From Bdellovibrionales bacterium (GTDB taxonomy: Bacteria; Bdellovibrionota; Bdellovibrionia; Bdellovibrionales; UBA1609): a stretch of 32,000 bases of DNA. A program made the position numbers and the translations under genes. Of the stretch, positions 18,744-27,917 are shown in pieces (the stretch's first letter is position 1; every line of letters starts with the position of its first letter). The stretch spans positions 150,001-182,000 of the forward strand of contig OY843585.1 in NCBI GenBank assembly GCA_963692945.1. Direction: 5' to 3'. The notes under the pieces were generated by a model, which searched no databases, was not told the DNA's origin, and was given only the letters and a program-made list of their open reading frames with translations.

Positions 18744-21380
18744 TTAAATCTTTATTTTTTGTTTTTTAGAACGTAACCCTTGTCTTCTTCTTTGCTCTCT
18801 ATTTAATTGAGCATCCCTATTTTCTAAATTCCTTTCACCCGACATTTGTGCCTTTTCGTTAAAGGAAAAATTTTGTGCTTCCTCTTCATTATAAATCAAA
18901 GGCATTGATTCTTCCTGTCTTCTTTTTAATTGTGAACCTTCATCTATTTGAATCTTAAAGAAATTTTCAACAACCTCGTTAGATACAGCCAAATTAACAA
19001 GCTCAAACATATTAAAGGATTCTTTTTTATACTCTATAAGTGGATCTTTTTGAGCAAAAGACCTTAAGTTAATCCCTTCTCTTAGATGATCTACATTTTC
19101 TAAATGCTCTCTCCAACGAGCATCTATGACCTGCAATAAAAGAAACTGTATCAAAGACTCAAAATGCTCTCCTAATTCTGTTTTTTTCTCTTTGTATTTA
19201 TTTTGCACCGATTCTTTGACTTGACGATTCAAATCTTCCAAAGTGATTTTATCTAAAGAAGGAAATACAATATCTTCATTAAAAGACTTCTTTAAAAAAA
19301 TTTGTAAAGAATTTATATCCCATTGTTCTTTTCTTGTGTCTTCTCCTGCAAAATTATCCAACCTGTCAGAAATAACATCACCGAGACGATCTAAAAAAGC
19401 TCTTTCTAAATCTTCCCCTTTCATAATTTGTTTGCGAAGAGTGTAAATGGCTGTTCTTTGCTGATTCATAACATTGTCATATTCTAGTAAATGTTTTCTA
19501 ATTTCAAAGTTATGACCTTCTACTTTTCTTTGGGCATTGGCAATGGCTCGTGTTAAAAGACGATCTGTGATAGGAGCCTCTTCATCCATTCTTAAAGTGG
19601 ACATCATTTTTTTCATTCTATCTCCTCCAAAAATTCTCATAAGATCATCTTCAAGAGATAAATAAAATTTAGAAGCTCCTGGGTCTCCTTGTCGGCCAGA
19701 ACGACCTCTTAGCTGATTGTCAATTCTACGAGATTCATGCCTTTCCGTCCCCATAATAAAAAGACCACCTGCTTGAACAACTTCTTCTCTTTCTTTTTCA
19801 CATAGATCTCTATATTTTTTTAACCTTTGTTCATAAGAGGAATCACTTTCTCCTTTTTGCTTTGCTCCCGCTAAGGCCTCTGGATTCCCACCAAGAATAA
19901 TATCTGTTCCACGACCTGCCATATTTGTTGCAATAGTGATAGCCCCCTTACGACCGGCTTGAGCAACAATTTCCGCTTCTTTATCGTGATGTTTTGCATT
20001 TAAGACTTTGTGAGGAATATTATCCCTCATAAGAACTTGAGATATCTTTTCCGATTTCTCTATGCTAATAGTCCCTACTAAAACAGGTTGATTTTTTTGA
20101 TGAAGTTCCTCAATGGCTTCTACAATCTTTTTATATTTAATAGACTCTGTCTTATAAATCTCATCGTTGTGATCCTCTCGGCATATAGGTTTATTCGTAG
20201 GTATCACTTTAACATCTAATTTATAAATCTTTTTAAACTCTTCGGCTTCTGTCTCTGCTGTTCCTGTCATCCCAGCCAATTTATTATACATTCTAAAATA
20301 ATTTTGAAAAGTGATCGTAGAAAGAGTTTGATTTTCAGATTTAACTTTGACCCCTTCCTTAACTTCTATCGCTTGATGAAGACCCTCACTCCATCTCCTC
20401 CCTGGCATGAGTCTTCCAGTAAATTCATCCACAATAACAATCTCATCATTTTGAACCATATAATCCACATCTTTTTTATACAGATGATAAGCTTTTAAGG
20501 ATTGATAGATGTTATGTAGGTATTCAATATTATGGATGTCATAGAGGTTGTCTATTTGTAACAATTCTTCAGCTCGGGTGTTCCCCTCTTCTGTTAAAGA
20601 AACTGTTTTTGATTTTTCTTCAATAGTAAAATGAATTTCTGGCTGAAAATGAGAGATGATCTTTTTCACTTCATAATATTTATCTGTAGAACGATCTTTT
20701 GGTCCTGAAATAATAAGAGGAGTTCTGGCTTCATCAATAAGGATAGAATCACATTCATCTACTATGCCAAAATTCAATTCTCTTTGGACACAAGAAGAAA
20801 GAGAGTATTTCATATTGTCTCTTAGATAATCAAAACCAAACTCATTATTTGTTCCATAGGTAACATCTGCTCCATAAGCACGTTTTCTTTCTTCATCATC
20901 TAAATCATGAACAACAGCTCCTGTGCTTAATCCTAAAAAGTGATAGACTTGCCCCATCCATTCCATATCTCTTTTGGCCAAATAATCATTGACCGTTACA
21001 ATATGAGCACCCTTCCCAGAAAGAGCATTTAAATACACTGGTAAAGTTGCAACTACAGTTTTACCTTCTCCTGTTTTCATCTCTGCAATTTGTCCTCTAT
21101 GCAGAACCACTCCTCCTATAAGTTGAACATCGTAATGTCGCATCCCCAAAACTCTTTTTGAAACTTCTCTACATACAGCAAATGATTCGGGAAGTAAGTC
21201 TTCTAAAGACCGACCTTTATCTATTTGTTCTTTAAAATAAGGTGTCTTATTTTTTAATTCCTCATCACTTAATTTTGAAATTTTAGGCTCAAAACTAGTG
21301 ATATGATTCACCAAAGGTTGCATGACCTTTAAATCACGATCATATTTAGTTCCAAAAACCTGAGTTAATAATTTAAACAT
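18744..21380 (-). CDS. secA: Preprotein translocase ATPase SecA
   Basis: 878 aa with MKTGEGKT (Walker A), DEVDSILIDEARTPLIISG-like IVDECDSILIDEARTPLIISG and TNMAGRGTDI. Confidence 0.95.
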   Translation of the reverse strand: MFKLLTQVFGTKYDRDLKVMQPLVNHITSFEPKISKLSDEELKNKTPYFKEQIDKGRSLEDLLPESFAVCREVSKRVLGMRHYDVQLIGGVVLHRGQIAEMKTGEGKTVVATLPVYLNALSGKGAHIVTVNDYLAKRDMEWMGQVYHFLGLSTGAVVHDLDDEERKRAYGADVTYGTNNEFGFDYLRDNMKYSLSSCVQRELNFGIVDECDSILIDEARTPLIISGPKDRSTDKYYEVKKIISHFQPEIHFTIEEKSKTVSLTEEGNTRAEELLQIDNLYDIHNIEYLHNIYQSLKAYHLYKKDVDYMVQNDEIVIVDEFTGRLMPGRRWSEGLHQAIEVKEGVKVKSENQTLSTITFQNYFRMYNKLAGMTGTAETEAEEFKKIYKLDVKVIPTNKPICREDHNDEIYKTESIKYKKIVEAIEELHQKNQPVLVGTISIEKSEKISQVLMRDNIPHKVLNAKHHDKEAEIVAQAGRKGAITIATNMAGRGTDIILGGNPEALAGAKQKGESDSSYEQRLKKYRDLCEKEREEVVQAGGLFIMGTERHESRRIDNQLRGRSGRQGDPGASKFYLSLEDDLMRIFGGDRMKKMMSTLRMDEEAPITDRLLTRAIANAQRKVEGHNFEIRKHLLEYDNVMNQQRTAIYTLRKQIMKGEDLERAFLDRLGDVISDRLDNFAGEDTRKEQWDINSLQIFLKKSFNEDIVFPSLDKITLEDLNRQVKESVQNKYKEKKTELGEHFESLIQFLLLQVIDARWREHLENVDHLREGINLRSFAQKDPLIEYKKESFNMFELVNLAVSNEVVENFFKIQIDEGSQLKRRQEESMPLIYNEEEAQNFSFNEKAQMSGERNLENRDAQLNREQRRRQGLRSKKQKIKI

Positions 21381-21525
21381 AAGTAAGTTTTAAGATATGA
21401 TTTTTATTTTAAATTGTCTATATAATCTCTAACAAGTATTTTAAATTTTACTAAATGGGTAAGCCCTTCTACCAAAGCCAACCAAGAATGGCAGGCTTAA
21501 GATTTCTTCCCCTACTCTTAGAGTA

Positions 21526-21987
21526 TTAAAATTTTCTTAATTGACGAAGTCCTTCAAATAAAACCACAGAAACCGCATTGGCTAAATTTAAACTTCTCAC
21601 TTCCCCCTCAAAAGGAATTAACAAACTTTGTTCCTTATAAGTTGACAAAACTTGTTCATCCAATCCTTTAGTCTCCCTCCCAAAAACAAAGGTATCACCT
21701 GGCTTGAAAGAAATCTCATAAAAAATCTTATGTCCTCTGGTAGAAAAAAACCAAGTGCGAGAAGATATAGGATTTTTAGTTTTCCAACTTTCCCAATTTT
21801 TATACTCCTTGTATTTAAGGTAAGGCCAATAATCTAAACCTGCCCTTTTTAACCTTTTATCGGAAATCTCAAAACCTAAAGGTTTTATCAAATGCAATTC
21901 ACTACGAGTCGCTACACACGTCCTTCCTATATTACCTGTGTTGGAGGGAATCTCAGGCTGAACTAAAACCACTTTAAAATTTGTCAT
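21526..21987 (-). CDS. trmL: SpoU-family tRNA (cytidine/uridine-2'-O)-methyltransferase TrmL
   Basis: 153 aa with NIGRTC, FGRETKGL and LNLANAVSVVLFE, the SPOUT knot motifs. Confidence 0.8.
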   Translation of the reverse strand: MTNFKVVLVQPEIPSNTGNIGRTCVATRSELHLIKPLGFEISDKRLKRAGLDYWPYLKYKEYKNWESWKTKNPISSRTWFFSTRGHKIFYEISFKPGDTFVFGRETKGLDEQVLSTYKEQSLLIPFEGEVRSLNLANAVSVVLFEGLRQLRKF

Positions 21988-21990
21988 TTT

Positions 21991-22632
21991 TTATTCCCAA
22001 GATAAAATCTTTTGTTTCTTATAACCTTTTGTAGATAAAGAAAAAATATCTTTATTGAATTTTTTTCTTAACTCTTTCATCTTTTTAATTTTGATTTTTT
22101 CTTGATGACCATTAACCAAATAGGCTTCCTTCCAGTGAGAGTCTTCAAAAATCCACTCTGCTGTCCAATCTCCTATTTTACATCTTGTTTTAATTTTAGA
22201 AACCAAAAAGCATTTCCAGTTTTTTAATGGTTTTGCTTTTAAAATAGCAAAAAGCCATGTTGCAGGAAAGGAATCAAACTGAGGAAGAAAAAGCTGACTA
22301 TGAAACTCTCCTTCATAAAATTCTTTTTTTAATGGCATTTGAAATAAAATCTTATTTTGATTTAATACAAGTCGTCCTATAGTTCCACGAAAAGGAATAA
22401 CAAAATCCATTCGTAAAAGATGCTCCCCCTTCCTATAGATAAAGGAAGTCACTGGCCGAGTTTTTTGTTGAGAAGCAAGATAAGACCATTGAATAACAAA
22501 GGCCTGATCTACCACAAAAAATGGATTTTTAGAAGTTGTGTGACAAGAAGTGAATACAGATACAATAGCAATATTAAAAATGAGACTGCAAAGAAGCCAG
22601 TCGTTTTTTAATTTGTGAACGTTTTTTCTCAT
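21991..22632 (-). CDS. Lipoprotein of unknown function (possibly LolB/DUF4292-like)
   Basis: Lipobox VFTSC; about 210 aa, directly downstream of the TPR gene and overlapping it by 59 nt. The function is inferred only from size and context. Confidence 0.5.
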   Translation of the reverse strand: MRKNVHKLKNDWLLCSLIFNIAIVSVFTSCHTTSKNPFFVVDQAFVIQWSYLASQQKTRPVTSFIYRKGEHLLRMDFVIPFRGTIGRLVLNQNKILFQMPLKKEFYEGEFHSQLFLPQFDSFPATWLFAILKAKPLKNWKCFLVSKIKTRCKIGDWTAEWIFEDSHWKEAYLVNGHQEKIKIKKMKELRKKFNKDIFSLSTKGYKKQKILSWE

Positions 22633-24334
22633 CGGTTTCTAGTTCAAGAGCCTTTTTAAAGAAATACTCATATTTTTCAAAATTTTTCAACCTATAATAT
22701 ATTTCCCCAAGATGATTTGCTATAGAACTGTCTTTTTGATTGTATGAAAAGGCTTTTTTCAAATAAAATAAAGCCTTCTCCGTATCGCCTTTTTGAAATA
22801 AAACCCAACCAAGAGTATCTAAAAAATAACTGGAAGCAGGATTTAAAAGAAGAGCTTTATGAGCTAGAATTTCGGCTTGATCTAATTTCTGTTTTTTTTC
22901 AGCGTAAGTGTAAGCTATAAAGTTAAGAGACTCTCCATGCCTTTCATCTAGTTCTAAAATCTTCTCCATATCTTTTAAAGCGGAAGCAACTCTTCCATGT
23001 TCCTTAAAATACAGTCCTCTCAAAAAAAGAATATCTGTATTTTTTGGGAACCTCTGTAGCCCTTTTGTAAGTACAGAAAGAGATAAGTCTTTTTGACCTT
23101 CTTCCCATAAATACTGAGCATAGAGTAAAAGAGGCTTTGGCTCCTTTACATTTTCAGAGGAAAAAACTACTTTTTCTAAAAGATTGAGAGCCTTTTTGGC
23201 TTGTCCTTGATCTTTCCAGATTTGCCCCATCTGTATTTGAGCTGCAATAAAATAAGAACTCTCTTTTCGTATCTTCTTATACTCTTGAAGAGACTTTTTC
23301 CATTCTTTTTCTTGCTCATAAGTCGCTCCTAATAAATAACGGTAATAACTTGTTTGGGGATAGGCCTGCACTAAATCCTTAACAAAAGGTATAGCTTTAG
23401 CATATTGTTTTTTTGAAAGTAAAAAAGAGACCATAAAGAAATAATGAGGGTCATCTAAAGAATCCAATTTCTCAAGTTGGCGAAGCTGTTCATAGGCTCC
23501 ATTGAGCTGATTTAAAGAAAGAAATAAGTTGAACAAAGCTTTAGTAACTCCTATAGAGGTTTCCTCCTTTTGTTGATATTTAAGAAGCAAAAGCTTAGCC
23601 CTTTCTAATTGATTGGAAGACATATAAAATTGTGCCGTTTTTAATAGAAGATCTTCTTCAGAAAGGTCTAAATTTAAAATTTGTTTAAAAATTTTCTCTT
23701 GTTTTTCTTTTTGATGAGTCTGTTCATAAATATAAGCCTTAGAAAGAAAGATATCCACCCTTTCTCTTTCTTTAACAGTCTTTTTCTCCATTTGATTTAA
23801 AGTTTTTAAAGCTAAAGACCATGCCTTTTCATCTATAAATAAACGAGCCTTTTGAAAGACTACAGAAAAACTCTTATCTTTGTTGAGTTTTTTATAGTTT
23901 TTTGAATTCTCTTGGTTTAACCCTCTAAGAGAGTAAATCTTTGCCAATTTATAATAAAATTTTTGGTCATTGGTTTGATCAAAAAGAGTTTGATACTGCT
24001 GTGCCGCCTCAGCAAAAAGTTTTTCTTCAAAATAGATATCTGCTAGACGAGACCTCAAATGAAGAGATTGTGGGGCCTGTAAAATAGATTCCTTAAGAAA
24101 GTCTATGGCTACCCCAGTTTGATCTATATAATAAGCCATTTCTGATTTTAAGTAAGCCATGTCAGATTGGGTTTGAAAATAATTCTGATCTATAACTACA
24201 GGTTTTTTACTATCTTTTGCAAAATCAAGGGAAAATTCATTTTTATCTATGGATAAACTTTTAAGAGAAAAGCAAGAAAAAAATAACAGAAAAAAAAAAG
24301 TTTTTTTTCGGAGAATTTTAAATAAAAAGATCAT
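22574..24334 (-). CDS. Tetratricopeptide-repeat protein with a signal peptide
   Basis: 586 aa with many A..YY..A......G....A TPR-like units. Confidence 0.8.
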   Translation of the reverse strand: MIFLFKILRKKTFFFLLFFSCFSLKSLSIDKNEFSLDFAKDSKKPVVIDQNYFQTQSDMAYLKSEMAYYIDQTGVAIDFLKESILQAPQSLHLRSRLADIYFEEKLFAEAAQQYQTLFDQTNDQKFYYKLAKIYSLRGLNQENSKNYKKLNKDKSFSVVFQKARLFIDEKAWSLALKTLNQMEKKTVKERERVDIFLSKAYIYEQTHQKEKQEKIFKQILNLDLSEEDLLLKTAQFYMSSNQLERAKLLLLKYQQKEETSIGVTKALFNLFLSLNQLNGAYEQLRQLEKLDSLDDPHYFFMVSFLLSKKQYAKAIPFVKDLVQAYPQTSYYRYLLGATYEQEKEWKKSLQEYKKIRKESSYFIAAQIQMGQIWKDQGQAKKALNLLEKVVFSSENVKEPKPLLLYAQYLWEEGQKDLSLSVLTKGLQRFPKNTDILFLRGLYFKEHGRVASALKDMEKILELDERHGESLNFIAYTYAEKKQKLDQAEILAHKALLLNPASSYFLDTLGWVLFQKGDTEKALFYLKKAFSYNQKDSSIANHLGEIYYRLKNFEKYEYFFKKALELETDEKKRSQIKKRLASLQSHF

Positions 24335-24507
24335 AAGTATCTTTTCGGACTTAATAGAAAAAATCTTAAATGGATTTTGTATAAGAAACGCCTTTAAATT
24401 AAAAATTAAAAAATTCAGGGGTTTCTTGATGATTAAAAAGTAATCATTCCCTTATTTAAATAGCTCAATTTAGTCTTTCATTTATTTTCTATAAATTATT
24501 TTATTCG

Positions 24508-24537
24508 TTGACAGAATTTTTAAAACTAGACTATAAA
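24508..24537 (+). promoter_or_regulatory. Candidate sigma70 promoter for the PhaR-like gene
   Basis: TTGACA (24508-24513), an 18-nt spacer, then TATAAA (24532-24537), about 70 nt upstream of the GTG start. Confidence 0.4.
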
Positions 24538-24610
24538 AAATTTAGGGAAAAGAACAATTCAGGACGAGTTCTAATACTGGCATTAAGCCCTAATTAATAA
24601 GGAGACACAA

Positions 24611-25141
24611 GTGGATAAAGATACTATTCAGAAAAGCACACAAAATGCAACCATCAGGTTTCATATTAAAATCATCAAAAAATACGGCAATAGGAAGCTT
24701 TATGATACAGAACAAAGTTCCTATGTTGTATTAAAGGATATTGAAAAAATGATACGCAATGAAGAAGAGATTTGTGTTATTGATAATGAAACCCAAGAGG
24801 ATATTACAATACCCACTTTAACCCAGATTATTTTTGGAGCTGAAAAAAAATCTAATGTTTCTGCTCCATTAGATATATTAAAATCTATTATTAAAGAAGG
24901 AGATGGTGGATTTTCTTCTTTTTTAGCAAAATTAGGTCTTTTTAAAGCTGAAAAAAATCTAAAAAATAATGAAAAACATATTTCTTTTAAAGAAAATCTC
25001 AGTGGACCTAAGAAAAGAAAAGTGGAAACTTCAGAAAGTGTAGAAGAAAAACTAGCTAATCTTATTAATTCCGATGAAACAAGAACTTCTCTCTCAGATA
25101 ATGTTGTTCCTCATTTACCAGGCAGTGGTCTAAACGACTAA
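24611..25141 (+). CDS. PhaR-type regulator (PHA/PHB accumulation regulator DNA-binding domain protein)
   Basis: IKKYGNRKLYDTEQSSYVVLKDIEKMIRNEEEICVID..T.EDIT..TLTQIIF matches the PhaR N-terminal domain. GTG start with AAGGAG 6 nt upstream. Confidence 0.7.
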   Translation: MDKDTIQKSTQNATIRFHIKIIKKYGNRKLYDTEQSSYVVLKDIEKMIRNEEEICVIDNETQEDITIPTLTQIIFGAEKKSNVSAPLDILKSIIKEGDGGFSSFLAKLGLFKAEKNLKNNEKHISFKENLSGPKKRKVETSESVEEKLANLINSDETRTSLSDNVVPHLPGSGLND

Positions 25142-25192
25142 ATCTGTTATATAGCAACTCAACATAAAAAACTTTCCTGAAGAGGACAGTTA

Positions 25193-26509
25193 TCATCTGC
25201 CCTTTAAAAAGAGAACTTTACAACCACCTCTGTTTTCTACATCTGCGGCTTTTTTAAGAATTTTAATTAACTTCTTATCCCTATTTTGAATGGCATACTG
25301 TATGGGTTTAGATTCAACACCATCCATAGCTTCTACATCTGCACCTGCTTTAATAAGAATCTTAGATTCTTCTACCAACTTATTTTGAGCGGCAAGATGA
25401 AGTGGTGTCATACCTGAGCTATCCCTTACATTCACATCCACATTTTTATCAAGGAGACGATTAACCAATTCTGTATATCCTTGTTTAACGGCAAAATGAA
25501 GTAATGTCCCACCAAAAGCATCTTTCTTTTTTAGATTTGTAGTTTTTTTCAAAAGTTGTATAGCAAGATTCACATGTCCGTTTTCAATAGCATAATGAAT
25601 CGCTTTTCTACCAAAATCATCTACCATATTTACAATGTTATCAGGTATTGAAGGTTGTAAAGCCACTATACTTGATGCTTTATTTCCTAAAATATAAGTA
25701 TTATGCCCTCCCACTTTTTCTTTTTTGTTTATAATAAGATCTACTATAGCTGAGTAACCTCCAATTCCACCATAATGTAATGCTGTCTTCCCAAGATTAT
25801 CTTTTAAACCTACATCTACACCTCTAGTGAAAAGAACCTTAACTATATTTATATGTTTATTTTTAACAGCAAGGTGTAGTGGTGTCACACCCAACTTGTC
25901 TTGCTTATTGAAATTAGAATCTCCTCCTGTAAGTAAAATTGTAGCTATTCGTGTGTAATCTGATATAGCGTTAAAATTTAAACTATTCCAAATAAAGGAA
26001 TCATTTTTCAACCGGTTGTTACCATTTACATTTTCTGTATTTTCTGAAAGAACTTTTTTTTCTATTCCACTAGGTCCTTTATCAACAGTGAAATGCAGGG
26101 GAATCCGACCAAGATTGTCTTCTATATTAGGATTTGCACCTTTTTCAATTAGAAGTTCAACAGATTCTATATGTCCATTTTCAACAGCAAGATGAAGTGG
26201 TGTCTTATATTTTTTATCTTGAATGTTAACATCCATCTTTGGATCTTTTGTAAGAATTAAATCAATAATATTTGTATAACCTCTCTCAGCAGCAAGATGC
26301 AATAGACTTGAGCCTCTTGAATCTTTTAAATCTATAGGATAACCTTTTGAAATAAGATCTTCGGCTTTTTCTACATTCTCATGTTGAATAGCCCACAATA
26401 CAGGATGTTTAATATTTTGTTCATTGATTTTTTTGGCATTAGTGTAACCTATTTTTGGAATAAATAATAAAATTCCTGATAAAATAAAAAATAAACGAAA
26501 ATATTCCAC
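25193..26509 (-). CDS. Secreted ankyrin-repeat protein (about 9-10 ANK repeats)
   Basis: Signal peptide MEYFRLFFILSGILLFIP, then repeated G.TPLHLAV..GH..IV..LL..GA units. Confidence 0.85.
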   Translation of the reverse strand: MEYFRLFFILSGILLFIPKIGYTNAKKINEQNIKHPVLWAIQHENVEKAEDLISKGYPIDLKDSRGSSLLHLAAERGYTNIIDLILTKDPKMDVNIQDKKYKTPLHLAVENGHIESVELLIEKGANPNIEDNLGRIPLHFTVDKGPSGIEKKVLSENTENVNGNNRLKNDSFIWNSLNFNAISDYTRIATILLTGGDSNFNKQDKLGVTPLHLAVKNKHINIVKVLFTRGVDVGLKDNLGKTALHYGGIGGYSAIVDLIINKKEKVGGHNTYILGNKASSIVALQPSIPDNIVNMVDDFGRKAIHYAIENGHVNLAIQLLKKTTNLKKKDAFGGTLLHFAVKQGYTELVNRLLDKNVDVNVRDSSGMTPLHLAAQNKLVEESKILIKAGADVEAMDGVESKPIQYAIQNRDKKLIKILKKAADVENRGGCKVLFLKGR

Positions 26510-26672
26510 AATCTCTCTTTCAAAATAAATTTCTTAACCACAAAGATATAATATAAATTTAAATAAAAATCCATAAGCTATTTATATGTATGTAAAAATT
26601 TCCTGTTTGTTTATTTTAGATCCGATGAACTTAAGGGTTTATGTCCTAACAGGAAAAAAATTCATTTTCATT

Positions 26673-26699
26673 GAAAAAATAAAAAGCTTTCGCTTCCCC
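26673..26699 (-). terminator. Second (distal, truncated) copy of the tRNA-spacer terminator hairpin
   Basis: Part of the 90-nt direct repeat 26670-26759 = 26929-27018. The GGGGAAGC-GAAA-GCTTTT stem-loop on the minus strand is followed by a T-run. Confidence 0.3.
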
Positions 26700-26738
26700 T
26701 TTTTTTAATTTAGTAAATATTTATTTTTCCGTGTAAAA

Positions 26739-26898
26739 TGGCGGAGAGGGAGGGATTCGCCTACTACATTCCCTCGCATCCAGCTCACTCATTGCGTAGG
26801 CTCACCTCAATCACTAAGAAAAACTTCCTGTTTTTCTTCCCAGTATTCCTTGCTCCTAAAGTCGCAAGCAACACAGGTCGTTCTTTCGTTTCGAATCC
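26739..26898 (-). repeat. tRNA-tagged module, copy A: 139-nt GC-rich core (26760-26898) plus a 21-nt copy of the tRNA-Ser 3' end (26739-26759)
   Basis: The core is nearly identical to 30227-30365 and 30409-30547 in inverted orientation. TGGCGGAGAGGGAGGGATTCG is identical to 26998-27018 of the intact tRNA-Ser gene. Confidence 0.9.
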
Positions 26899-27089
<191 letters not shown>

Positions 27090-27246
27090 TAAGACACTTT
27101 CTAAATAATAGCTAAATTGTATCCTTACAAGAATCAACAAGAAAAAACAATTTATTAAATAATGTCTTTCTTTTTTGAATTTAAAACTAAAAAATACAAA
27201 AAAGACTTATAATCAAACTTCGTTCTTAGTAAAGTAAAACTCTAAT

Positions 27247-27323
27247 GTGCCCGTAGCTCAATTGGATAGAGCATCTGACTACGGATCAGAAGGTTAGGGG
27301 TTCAACTCCTCTCGGGCACGCCA
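27247..27323 (+). tRNA. tRNA-Arg (anticodon ACG), CCA encoded
   Basis: Acceptor GTGCCCG/CGGGCAC, anticodon stem TCTGA/TCAGA with loop CTACGGA, and T-arm AGGGG-TTCAACT-CCTCT. Confidence 0.95.
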
Positions 27324-27341
27324 TTTTTAAAACATTGAAGG

Positions 27342-27914
27342 TTACTGGCTTTGAGGAATTTTTTTAATAGAAAGAACTTCATAATATTCGTCTAAAGTGA
27401 TTTCATAACCATCTTCTCTAGCCTTTTCCACTAAAGTTTTGGCTAATTCTTTTTTAGTTTCTTCTGAAGCCGCTTCAAAAAATTGCTGCCCTTGAGATTC
27501 TAAATTTTCTTCTAAATTTGTTTTTTTACGCTCCTTACCTGTTCTTTCCTTCAAAGTCTCTAGCAATTCCTCTTCATACTCTACTTTCAACTCATTTTCT
27601 AACCTCTGTTGTATTGTATCAACAATCTTCGGGGTTTTTTCCAAGCCATCTTTCCATTGAGGATGAACATCAAGCTCTGAATAATCTGAAGATTCTTCTA
27701 ATAAAAAATTTTCAGCATATTCTATTTCATCATTTGAAAAGTTAGCAATATCCCTAAAGGTTTCCGATGAAAAAAAATAAAACCCTATCCCTATTGCAGA
27801 AACACACAACAATCCAACAAATAAAAAAATAGATTTTTTAGATAAATGTATCCATCTCATAATAAAATAATCGGTAAATTTGGACTTCATCCTTAGCAAA
27901 TAATAAATTTTCAA
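27342..27914 (-). CDS. Hypothetical membrane-anchored, Glu/Lys-rich protein
   Basis: ORF with one TM helix (IFLFVGLLCVSAIGIGFYFF) lying 3 nt downstream of the glutamate-synthase-like gene. The start is uncertain: TTG at 27914, or ATG at 27890 or 27860. Confidence 0.55.
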   Translation of the reverse strand: MKIYYLLRMKSKFTDYFIMRWIHLSKKSIFLFVGLLCVSAIGIGFYFFSSETFRDIANFSNDEIEYAENFLLEESSDYSELDVHPQWKDGLEKTPKIVDTIQQRLENELKVEYEEELLETLKERTGKERKKTNLEENLESQGQQFFEAASEETKKELAKTLVEKAREDGYEITLDEYYEVLSIKKIPQSQ

Positions 27915-27917
27915 GAA

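Noticed and set aside
26599-26656. Inverted repeat TTTCCTGTT / AACAGGAAA with a 40-nt loop. The nearby string GTTAGGACATAAACCC vaguely resembles the module 5' end (GTAGGACTTGAAAC).
   Set aside because: A 9-bp AT-rich stem with a long loop is weak evidence in this composition. The similarity to the module is too short and degenerate to call a fourth copy.
26739-26759. The 21-nt tRNA 3' fragments (also at 30366-30386 and 30548-30568) as tRNA pseudogenes or extra tRNA genes.
   Set aside because: Only the T-loop-to-CCA segment is present. The upstream core has no complementary acceptor 5' strand (no GGAGAGG or TCAGGCG), no D-arm and no anticodon arm, so these are tags or att-like duplications, not decayed tRNAs.
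27090-27246. Divergent promoters for tRNA-Ser and tRNA-Arg (for example the TATAAT at about 27209-27214).
   Set aside because: A TATAAT is present about 33 nt upstream of tRNA-Arg, but no acceptable -35 sits at 16-18 nt. In DNA this AT-rich, hexamer matches are not informative enough to annotate.
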